From: Candidatus Odinarchaeota archaeon
GTDB lineage: Archaea; Asgardarchaeota; Baldrarchaeia; Baldrarchaeales; DXJG01
Length of the DNA stretch: 28,393 bases
NCBI GenBank assembly: GCA_021158895.1
Contig: JAGGSW010000046.1
Coordinates: forward strand, 1 to 28,393
Direction of reading: 5' to 3'
Shown: positions 1-7,251 of the stretch, piece by piece
Layout: each line of letters opens with the position of its first letter
Numbering within the stretch: position 1 is the first letter of the stretch
The notes under the pieces: generated by a model
The model's database searches: none
What the model was told of the DNA's origin: nothing
Seen by the model: only the letters and a program-made list of their open reading frames with translations
Position numbers and translations under genes: made by a program

Positions 1-1
1 G

Positions 2-1141
2 ATCATCGTAGGACATCAAAAAGAACAAATAACCAAATATTTCGGAGATGGAAGCAAACTAAACCTAAAAATAACCTACAAAGAACAAAAGGAACCCCTA
101 GGAACAGCCCACGCCACCAGCATAGCCGAAGACTTCGTAGACAACGAAAACTTTCTACTGATCTACGGAGACGTTCTAACAAGCAAACAAAACTACCCTA
201 AAATAATAGAATTCTTCAACAAAGAATCCCCCTCAACCCTCATCACCACATACAAGGTAAAAGACGCATCACTCTACGGCATCATAAAAACAAAAAACAA
301 CCAAGTCACAGAAATCATAGAAAAACCAGACCCAACAGAAGCAAAAAACCAGCAAATAAACGCGGGAATATACATATTCACACCCAAAATCTTCAAAGCA
401 ATAAAACAAACCAAAAAATCAAAAAGAGGAGAATATGAACTAACAGACTCCATACAGCAACTAATCAAACAAGACGAAAACATATTAGCATATGAACTAG
501 AAGACTGGTGGATAGACATAGGCACCCCATGGGATCTACTCGACGCAAACAAACTACTACTAGAAGAAACAAAACTAGAAATAAAAGGAAAAATAGAAGA
601 AGGAGCAAAAATCATAGGACCAGTAGGAATAGGAGAAAACACCATAATCAGATCAGGAAGCTACATAATAGGCCCAACCCTAATAGGAAAAAACTGCGAT
701 ATCGGACCAAACTGCTTCATAAGACCCCACACATACATAGGAAACCACTGCAGAATAGGAAACGCCTGCGAAATAAAAAACAGCATAATACTTGACCACA
801 CCCACATAGCCCACCTATCCTACGTAGGAGACAGCATAATAGGACAAAACGTAAACTTCGGAGCCGGAACCATAACAGCAAACCTCAGACTAGACGAAAA
901 AACAATAAAAATGACAATAAAAGGAAAAAGAATAGACACCGGAAGAAGAAAACTCGGAGCAATCATCGGAGACAACGTAAAAACAGGAATCGGATGCATG
1001 CTAATGCCAGGAATAAAAATAGGCCAAAACTCCCTAATAGGACCAAACACAACCATAAACAAAGACATCCCACCAAACACCATCACAACAACAAAACCCC
1101 AAAACACAACAAAACCACTACAACCCCAACCAAAAAAATAA
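2..1141 (+). CDS. Sugar-1-phosphate nucleotidylyltransferase fused to a left-handed beta-helix acetyltransferase domain (archaeal GlmU/ST0452-like); 5' end outside the window
   Basis: The frame is open from the window edge to TAA at 1139..1141. It has no in-window ATG start, so the ORF track shows only its tail (911..1141). Translation contains KEPLGTAHA, EKPDPTEAKNQQINAGIYIF and WWIDIGTPWDLLDAN (nucleotidyltransferase fold). Hexapeptide repeats follow: IGENTIIRSGSYIIGPTLIGKNCDIGPNCFIRPHTYIGNHCRIGNACEIKNSII. The C-terminal tail TITTTKPQNTTKPLQPQPKK is low-complexity and runs into the A/C tract. Confidence 0.85.
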   Translation: MIVGHQKEQITKYFGDGSKLNLKITYKEQKEPLGTAHATSIAEDFVDNENFLLIYGDVLTSKQNYPKIIEFFNKESPSTLITTYKVKDASLYGIIKTKNNQVTEIIEKPDPTEAKNQQINAGIYIFTPKIFKAIKQTKKSKRGEYELTDSIQQLIKQDENILAYELEDWWIDIGTPWDLLDANKLLLEETKLEIKGKIEEGAKIIGPVGIGENTIIRSGSYIIGPTLIGKNCDIGPNCFIRPHTYIGNHCRIGNACEIKNSIILDHTHIAHLSYVGDSIIGQNVNFGAGTITANLRLDEKTIKMTIKGKRIDTGRRKLGAIIGDNVKTGIGCMLMPGIKIGQNSLIGPNTTINKDIPPNTITTTKPQNTTKPLQPQPKK

Positions 1142-1283
1142 AAACCCAAAAACAAAACAACCCATAGAACACAACCACACACAACCCTTAAAAACCAAAA
1201 CACCACAAACAAAAACAACCAACCAACAAACAAACACAAAAACAAACCCGCCAAAAACAACAAAACAACAAAACAAACAACGC
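1142..1283. repeat. A+C-only low-complexity spacer, (CAAAA/ACAAA)n-like, between the CDS stop and tRNA-Gly
   Basis: Hand count gives only 3 T and 3 G in 142 nt. No T-rich TATA-like element lies within about 90 nt of the tRNA 5' end. Confidence 0.9.
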
Positions 1284-1392
1284 GCGCCCGTAGTCTAGAA
1301 ATCTGGGGATTTAAACTTCCCCGGTTGGAGAACCTGGACTAGGACGTCGGCCTGCCACGCCGAGGACCCGGGTTCAAATCCCGGCGGGCGCA
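1284..1392 (+). tRNA. tRNA-Gly(GCC) with a ~34-nt insertion (putative non-canonical intron) in the D-loop, about 1299..1332; CCA not encoded
   Basis: Acceptor GCGCCCG (1284..1290) pairs with CGGGCGC (1385..1391), discriminator A at 1392. D-stem GTCT/GGAC. Anticodon stem TCGGC/GCCGA with loop CTGCCAC (anticodon GCC at 1354..1356). T-arm CCGGG-TTCAAAT-CCCGG. Removing 1299..1332 gives a D-loop identical to that of the uninterrupted tRNA-Gly(UCC) at 5561..5638 (AGCCTGGACTA). Confidence 0.85.
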
Positions 1393-1399
1393 TCATTGA

Positions 1400-1414
1400 T
1401 TTTCTTTTTCTTTT
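1400..1414 (+). terminator. Oligo-T tract downstream of tRNA-Gly (archaeal-type terminator candidate)
   Basis: ttttctttttctttt begins 8 nt after the tRNA discriminator base. Confidence 0.4.
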
Positions 1415-1648
1415 GATGTTTATGGGGGCGTGATCTGGGTTTCTGAACGGGAAGATGTGTGTTGTATTTTGCTAGTTTTGGAAATTTTGGGACTTTGTTT
1501 TACTGTGTTTTCTTTGGTAAATTTGTGTTTTTGTTTTTGAATTTTCTATTAAAAGGAAGGGGTCTTTTGATGGTTGTGGGTAATGAGAATATGTTATTTT
1601 GGATGGCTTTGGCGTTTTCTTGGCGAATCTTTGGGGTGTTTAGTTTTT

Positions 1649-2989
1649 TTATTGGTTTTGTGTTGTGTTTTTAATTATTTCTGGTTTTTCGATTTCTTTT
1701 AGGGTTTGTGCGGCTCTTTTGCGTACTTCCTCGCTTGGGTGTTTTAGTTTGTCTTTCAGTTTTGATATTAGGTCCTTGGTTGCCTTTGGGTCTTTCTTTA
1801 TAATTGTTTGTTTTATGAGGCGGGTTAAGTTTTCGAGGTAGTGTTCTTCGAATGTGCTGGTTTCTGTGATTACTCTGAGTGTTATTTCTTTTAGTTTGGG
1901 TATTATTTTTTCAATTGTTTTTGGCTGTTTTTCTATGAGGTCGTCGAGAACATTGTACGTTACTTCACGAGCATCGGGATCTTCATCAATTAGTAGTTCC
2001 ACTAATTTCGGTATGATGTCTTCAATTAGTTGAGGATATTTCATGCCAATGTTTCCTAAGGCTGCGGCGGCACGTTCACGAATAAGCTCATATGGATCAT
2101 TTAATGCTTTCTTAAGCTTCGGTATTAGTTCAAAAATAAGTTCTGGATGTTCGTATGCAATGGCGCGTAAAGCGGCTACTTTACATTCGTCTAAATCTTT
2201 TCCTAGTTTTTTTATTTTTTCTTTAACTAGTTTTGGATATTTTTTCCAAATGACGTGAAGGAGGTCTGCTATTGTTTCAGGGATATCTTCACTTGTGCTA
2301 AACCATTCTAATCTTTCTATTAAGTCGTCTATTTTGTCTTTGAAGACATCTATGTACTTCTCTGCAACCTTCCACAAAGCTACAAGCGCGCTATAGCAGA
2401 TGTCTTCATAGCCATATATGTGTTCCATTAATCTTGGTATTGCGTCTTTGATTAGTTCTGGATATTTTTCTCCAATATTCCCAAGGATATATGCTGCATT
2501 GATACGAACTTCGTCATTTGAATCGTGTAACAACTTTATTAGCTTCGGTATTTTATCCTTAAACAATTCTGGAAAATTCTTTGAAACGTTTTCAAGAATT
2601 TGTGACATCCAGTAACGGGCGTGTTGACATCTATTAGGAAAATAAACCTCGTCATGACTGTTACGGTCGTATATCCTATAAGGTTCCTTACATGGTCTAT
2701 TTAACTTCTTCATTAACTCTACTATCTTATCTTTAAATAGCTCTGGGAATTTTGATGAGATGCTTTCAAGAGTCCGTGCGATATAATAGCGAACTTTGCC
2801 GCTTTGGTCATCTAATTTTTCCATTAGCTTTGGTACAACCTTTTTCAGCAGGCTTAAATCCATATACTTCAAAAGGTCATATTTTATATCTTCAAGGTTG
2901 CTGGCTGCTTTTTCACGAACCTCAACACTACAATCACTCAAATCCCTCAATATTCCCTCCAATTTTCCCTCAATCTCATCTCTCCCCAT
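1649..2989 (-). CDS. HEAT-repeat protein (PBS-lyase/HEAT-like repeats), paralog of 22217..23698
   Basis: 446-aa ORF. It has recurrent D-x-x-x-x-VR-x-x-AA-x-x-LG-x-IG units (DSNDEVRINAAYILGNIG, DPYELIRERAAAALGNIG, HPSEEVRKRAAQTLKEI). These alternate with seven (K/N)(Y/F)PELxKDKIPKL-type units. It aligns end to end with the 493-aa ORF at 22217..23698. Confidence 0.85.
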   Translation of the reverse strand: MGRDEIEGKLEGILRDLSDCSVEVREKAASNLEDIKYDLLKYMDLSLLKKVVPKLMEKLDDQSGKVRYYIARTLESISSKFPELFKDKIVELMKKLNRPCKEPYRIYDRNSHDEVYFPNRCQHARYWMSQILENVSKNFPELFKDKIPKLIKLLHDSNDEVRINAAYILGNIGEKYPELIKDAIPRLMEHIYGYEDICYSALVALWKVAEKYIDVFKDKIDDLIERLEWFSTSEDIPETIADLLHVIWKKYPKLVKEKIKKLGKDLDECKVAALRAIAYEHPELIFELIPKLKKALNDPYELIRERAAAALGNIGMKYPQLIEDIIPKLVELLIDEDPDAREVTYNVLDDLIEKQPKTIEKIIPKLKEITLRVITETSTFEEHYLENLTRLIKQTIIKKDPKATKDLISKLKDKLKHPSEEVRKRAAQTLKEIEKPEIIKNTTQNQ

Positions 2990-3286
2990 TCTTCTCCACC
3001 AATGCTAGTTTATCATTTGTTATAGCATTCGCACCACAGGGGGTTTCATCACCATTCTTGCTAAAATACATTACCAGACCTCTATTTCCAAAAACTTAAA
3101 CCATCGCGTTCAGATAGATCGCACAATTCCCTCAAATATTCATGCATTGTTTCGGAATGCTCTTCTACAAGACAATTTTCTCAACTAACCTTCATCGAAA
3201 TCCTTGTTTAATGTTCTATTATTAGAAATCTCGATCTTGTCCCTTAACAGAATTATTTTTAAGGGTAATTTCCCTAAATTTCAATC

Positions 3287-4396
3287 CTAATATATTCCCG
3301 ATCCATATATCAAACTTGAAAGCCTTGATTTCTCTATTTCATATTCTCTACACCACTCAAGAATCTTCTTTCTCCACTCACGATACTTCTCCAGCCTCAT
3401 ATAATTCATATAAATCGCTTTTGAATCGAAACCATTTGATTCGACAATTACATGTCCCATACATCCTCTTACAGCCCATCTAGCCCTTCTAAAAGCCTCA
3501 ATGTTCTTTGGATCATTGTAAGGCTTTTCTTCATCAAAATCTGGAGCTATAACTTTGTCAAACCTTTTTTGTAGTGCACGCACGTTTTTGTCTGAGAAAG
3601 CGTCCAATGTATGAGGAGAAGCATATTCTCGATCATACACCTCTTCGCATCTCCAGATATCTATGCTCCATATACTAGGATCGTTTTTGAGTTCTGAAAT
3701 CAAGTTTACAGCTTCCTCAATCGCATCGACACTAAAAGAACACATCAAAACTCTTCCATTAACAATTTCACATATCAATTTTCTTGCAAGCTTATCTACG
3801 ATAGCTATCTGATCCGGAAAGTCAGTTAATGGGCATCTAAACTTTAACTCAATGTTCTTACCAGAATCCTGAATCCACCTAATTTTCTTTCCTTCTGAAT
3901 CTTCGAAAACAAATTTACTTGCAAGTCTTCCCTTCTTTACTATGTAAAAGCTCCAACCCTCAAATCTAATCAAAACTGCAACAACAAAGAGATTCTCTCT
4001 AACTTTAAACACGTCACATTTTTCATAGATGAACTCTACAACCTTTCGACGATTTTCCTTCCACATTTCTTCCAACTTTCTTATCAGATTTTCGGAAACA
4101 ACTTCACTTCCTGTCACAAAGTCTAAAATAGTGTAGTGATTTCCTAGAATTATAGGATTTACTTGATCTTCTAGGACTGTACGGTTTTCTCCGATGATTA
4201 ACTCGTCTTCAAGCGAGTATACCCTCAAATCGTCTATTATTCTCTCTATATTGAAATCGTATTTGAATAAACTTTCAATTTTTTCAGATGAATAAACTCC
4301 AGGTACTCTTCTAAGAACTTCCAAGGCTATTTCACTTAGCTTTGGATCCGGTTTAAGGTCTTTATACAAAAATTTGAAACTAGCCATTCCAACCAC
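3287..4396 (-). CDS. Hypothetical protein, 369 aa, no recognisable motif
   Basis: Long clean ORF of globular-looking composition. Its ATG (4396..4394) directly abuts the stop of the upstream ORF (4397..4399), suggesting co-translation. I found no P-loop, metal-binding or nuclease signature. Confidence 0.75.
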   Translation of the reverse strand: MVGMASFKFLYKDLKPDPKLSEIALEVLRRVPGVYSSEKIESLFKYDFNIERIIDDLRVYSLEDELIIGENRTVLEDQVNPIILGNHYTILDFVTGSEVVSENLIRKLEEMWKENRRKVVEFIYEKCDVFKVRENLFVVAVLIRFEGWSFYIVKKGRLASKFVFEDSEGKKIRWIQDSGKNIELKFRCPLTDFPDQIAIVDKLARKLICEIVNGRVLMCSFSVDAIEEAVNLISELKNDPSIWSIDIWRCEEVYDREYASPHTLDAFSDKNVRALQKRFDKVIAPDFDEEKPYNDPKNIEAFRRARWAVRGCMGHVIVESNGFDSKAIYMNYMRLEKYREWRKKILEWCREYEIEKSRLSSLIYGSGIY

Positions 4397-4843
4397 CTAT
4401 AGCATAGTTGACATCAATATATTTATTGTCAGATCCATTAACACACTGTTTACTGCCGGCATTATTGCCTTCTCTAATATTGTTCCTATTACCGTATCTG
4501 CTATTAACTCTGCTGGCCCGCCCAAAACAAAACCTACTAAGAGATCAAATATTTTCTGATTTATAAGAGGAATTTCAAAGCTTAATATCTTCTGTAACAC
4601 TGCCCCAGCTTCACGATTCACCTTTACTTTAATCCACTCGCATAACTTGTCACATAACTCATCAGTCGTATAGAATGGTATACCCAAGCTTTTTAGAACC
4701 GTTGCAAATCCTCCAATAATCATTCCTACTGCAAAGGATGAATCAGGAGTTATCGCATCCTTAATTCTACCTCCAACGCTTTTACCCCGTTCAATAATTT
4801 CCTCTTTTAAAGCCCTCACAAAGGGCTTCTTAGGATCTACCAT
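4397..4843 (-). CDS. Hydrophobic 148-aa ORF; downstream reading frame of the frameshifted gene 4397..5109
   Basis: ORF as called in the track. The same frame stays open upstream without an ATG to 5023. That upstream part encodes sequence homologous to residues ~30-80 of the 1455-aa protein. The C-terminus GGPAELIADTVIGTILEKAIMPAVN resembles the C-terminus of the 1455-aa protein. Confidence 0.7.
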   Translation of the reverse strand: MVDPKKPFVRALKEEIIERGKSVGGRIKDAITPDSSFAVGMIIGGFATVLKSLGIPFYTTDELCDKLCEWIKVKVNREAGAVLQKILSFEIPLINQKIFDLLVGFVLGGPAELIADTVIGTILEKAIMPAVNSVLMDLTINILMSTML

Positions 4844-5109
4844 CAGACTTATCCAATCTCCTTCAATATCTAGGGTACCACTGAGCGGAGATATTGTTAC
4901 CTTGCTAATAATTTGTTCTTCCCAAACTGTTACAGGTGTACTGTTCCTAAACTCTTTAAAATGTGGATCTAAACCGTTAGTCGATATCCTCGGTACACGT
5001 ATCTTTGAAAGTTTTTCTAAACTTTATTTTCACCCATAGTCATTAATCTAACTGTTGAAAGCTCCATTAAAACGATCATTAAAATTAATATTAATGATTT
5101 TACCTTCAT
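4397..5109 (-). pseudogene. Frameshift-interrupted 237-codon mini-paralog of the 1455-aa membrane protein (signal/anchor leader, conserved N-module, short C-terminal hydrophobic region)
   Basis: ATG at 5109..5107 opens MKVKSLILILMIVLMELSTVRLMTMGENKV and stops at TAG 5019..5017. Shifting -1 after AAA (5025..5023) continues as SLEKLSKIRVPRISTNGLDPHFKEFRNSTPVTVWEEQIISKVTISPLSGTLDIEGDWISL and runs into the 148-aa ORF. This is collinear with the giant protein N-terminus MKVKLQLAIVVLLILLMEFSTAGLMATGEGKILDELASYETPEIYIDSFNPNFQGFKNGTPVNILEEEIISRVTVSPLS. After the leader, 30 of 62 positions are identical without gaps (hand alignment). Confidence 0.7.
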
Positions 5110-5155
5110 TTTGCCCCCACATCCTCACTACGTTCCACATTAACATGTTGGGCAG

Positions 5156-5169
5156 CAAAGTTTATATAC
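5156..5169 (-). promoter_or_regulatory. TATA-like promoter element of the mini-paralog gene
   Basis: The minus-strand element GTATATAAACTTTG lies about 47-60 nt upstream of the ATG at 5109. It matches GTATTTAAACTTTG upstream of the 1455-aa gene at 13 of 14 positions. A purine-rich SD-like GAGGATGTGGGGG lies between the box and the ATG. Confidence 0.5.
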
Positions 5170-5560
5170 GCTTAAGACAAGCCGATCAAAAACCTGTGGA
5201 AACATTTTACTTAAAAAGAAATTTTCGACTAAAAAATAACAAGTCAAAAACTAGCAAAACTATGGCTAATATTCATCGATACCTGCTTCTATGTCATTTC
5301 TAAATGTTGCTCTACGTAAAGGTAAAGGACAAAATTTAGGTATAACGCTGTTAATCTGATACTTTTATTGCGCATTTATATATCAACATTATTTTTGTCG
5401 GCAACATGTAGTCTAAGTGAACTTGAAACATAATTGATTGAAAAGGTTCTGCATCTCTATTCAAAATACCTTGTTTCGGCTCCATTTAACTTATCAGAAA
5501 ATTCTCTTAACTCAAAAGCTCTAAAACACAATTGAACGTGAAAACAAAGGTGAAATTTGG

Positions 5561-5638
5561 TGGTGCGGGGCCCGGGATTTGAACCCGGGTTATCGGCTTG
5601 GAAGGCCGACGTCCTAGTCCAGGCTAGACTAGCCCCGC
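5561..5638 (-). tRNA. tRNA-Gly(UCC), uninterrupted, CCA encoded
   Basis: The reverse complement reads GCGGGGC-TA-GTCT-AGCCTGGACTA-GGAC-G-TCGGC-CTTCCAA-GCCGA-TAAC-CCGGG-TTCAAAT-CCCGG-GCCCCGC-A-CCA. All four stems pair and the anticodon is TCC. Confidence 0.95.
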
Positions 5639-5980
5639 TTATTATTATTGTTTTGTGTATGGTTTTTTAGAATTTATTATGATTTTAGTTTTTTACTGTT
5701 TTTGTTTGTTGTTTAGGCTTTTTGTGGTATTTAGAGTGTTCTAGCGGCTATATTTTTATTGTGGGTTTGATTTAAAAAGTTTACGGGGATGCGATTTTAG
5801 ACAATAAAGTGGAGTTTTAAGTTGTATCGTATTTTTGGAAGTTGAATGTCTTCTTGTATGGTGTATGTATGAGGTATGGGATATTTTTCTTTATTTTGCT
5901 AGTTTATTTAATTTTTATTTTTAGTTGACTGGTTGCAGCGTGTTTGGTTTTGGTGTTGTTAGCGGTTTTTAGTCCGAAGG

Positions 5981-5989
5981 TTTATAAAA
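5981..5989 (+). promoter_or_regulatory. TATA-like box upstream of the glycosyltransferase gene
   Basis: tttataaaa lies about 35-40 nt upstream of the GTG start at 6023, followed by G-rich SD-like sequence. Confidence 0.35.
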
Positions 5990-6022
5990 TTTTGAGGTGA
6001 AATATTTGTATGGGGGGATTGT

Positions 6023-7105
6023 GTGGTGAAGGTGGCTTTAATTTCTAGTTGGGGCGCATGTTGTGGGGTGTCTATTCACGCTGAACTTATTGGAAGGGCT
6101 TTGTTGAGGCAGGGACATGAATTGATTGTTTTTGCTCCGCGGTGCTATGAAGATCGTAGGACTTATTTTTTCTTTTCGAGGGATGAGGAGTTTGTGGTGA
6201 GGAATTTTTCTTTTCTAAGGTATGGTGATCGATATAGTGATGAGGAGCTTCTTAATTCTTTCTACTTGGATCCTACGCCTATTCTTGAATCGGATTACGA
6301 TGTGTTGATGGTTGAGAAGCCAACTTCTATACCTCTTGGTAAATTGCTTGAGATTTTCCCGAAGATTAAGAGAAAGGCGAAAACTGTTGCGATTTTACAT
6401 GAAGGGATTTTACCTGTGAATCCTTATTTTTCTAAGTTTGACTGGGATGCTATTGCTGTTTTTGATGAAAGATTTAAGAAACTGTTTTCTAAGGTCTTTC
6501 CAGCGGAGAAAATTCACATTGTTCCTTTTCCCTGTCATCCGATAAAAAAAGGAGATAAAGTGAGCCTGAGGAAGGAAATTGGACTACCTGAAGATGGTAA
6601 AATCATTTTTACTTTTGGGAGGTTTTATGGAATAGAGGAAATTTTGCATATGCTTAGAAGTTTAAAAGAAGGTTACCCATCTCTTATATATTTGTGTTTA
6701 GTTAGGAATGTTGAAAGATTTATGTTGCTAAAAGAGCTTAGGCAGATGTATCCATTTATACAGGTGAGGTTGGGAAGGCCGTCTATTGAGGAATTATATA
6801 AGTATTTGGGGGCAATTGATGCTATATTATTAAACAGGGGGCATCCTAAGCATATAGCTGTGTCTAGTACTGCTCATCTATGTATGGGGTCTCTTAATCC
6901 TATTTTATGCTCGGATGTCGGCTATTTTTACACATTTGACAAAGAAGTAATAAAGTATAGGAATTTAATGGAGCTTGAAGCAAGAATAATGGATGTTTTT
7001 GAGGGAAGAGTAAGTGAAACGTTAAAGAGAGCAGAAGAATTTGTTAAACGGCATTCAGCGGATAAAATAGCAGAAGAACTACTAAAAATAGGTTTAGAAG
7101 CTTGA
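6023..7105 (+). CDS. Glycosyltransferase-like protein (GT-B fold, GT4-like)
   Basis: 360-aa ORF. The N-terminus KVALISSWGACCGVSIHAELIGRALLRQGHELIVFAP is typical of GT-B N-domains. GLPEDGKIIFTFGRF resembles the start of the GT4 C-domain. The family assignment is motif-level only. Confidence 0.6.
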   Translation: MVKVALISSWGACCGVSIHAELIGRALLRQGHELIVFAPRCYEDRRTYFFFSRDEEFVVRNFSFLRYGDRYSDEELLNSFYLDPTPILESDYDVLMVEKPTSIPLGKLLEIFPKIKRKAKTVAILHEGILPVNPYFSKFDWDAIAVFDERFKKLFSKVFPAEKIHIVPFPCHPIKKGDKVSLRKEIGLPEDGKIIFTFGRFYGIEEILHMLRSLKEGYPSLIYLCLVRNVERFMLLKELRQMYPFIQVRLGRPSIEELYKYLGAIDAILLNRGHPKHIAVSSTAHLCMGSLNPILCSDVGYFYTFDKEVIKYRNLMELEARIMDVFEGRVSETLKRAEEFVKRHSADKIAEELLKIGLEA

Positions 7106-7251
7106 AATCAAAAGAGCCATATGGATGAAAAGCAATGTAAGGAGATATGATTTATCATTCAATGTATCATGTGTTGACTTATTACCGGAGACACCAAGAT
7201 TAAAAATGTAAACAGAATAGTTTGTTTCCAATCTCCATCAAGCTATGTAAT

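Noticed and set aside
274-1263. Track ORFs 274..645(-), 508..795(+), 820..1263(-) overlapping the GlmU-like gene
   Set aside because: They overlap a well-supported reading frame. Their translations are low-complexity (F/L/V/G/W-rich or R/K/N/T-rich), as expected from reading the stop-poor G+T strand or an off-frame of an A/C-only sequence.
3036-3062. Possible C/D-box sRNA: GTGATGA on the minus strand in the HEAT1 upstream gap
   Set aside because: I found no matching D box (CTGA) or terminal stem at an appropriate distance.
2976-3071. 31-codon minus-strand ORF (MYFSKNGDETPCGANAITNDKLALVEKNGER) overlapping the HEAT paralog 1 start codon
   Set aside because: It is too short, has no SD-like motif or homology, and has no equivalent upstream of HEAT paralog 2.
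5055-5303. 82-aa + strand ORF
   Set aside because: It is antisense to the N-terminal part and promoter of the mini-paralog, whose homology to the 1455-aa protein is strong. It has a non-ATG start and no recognisable features.
1393-5560. Calling locus A (or locus B, 22166..28393) an integrated mobile element because it abuts tRNA genes
   Set aside because: No integrase, transposase, replication gene or direct repeat of a tRNA 3' segment is visible in the window. The right end of locus B is outside the window. I retain these only as accessory-looking loci.
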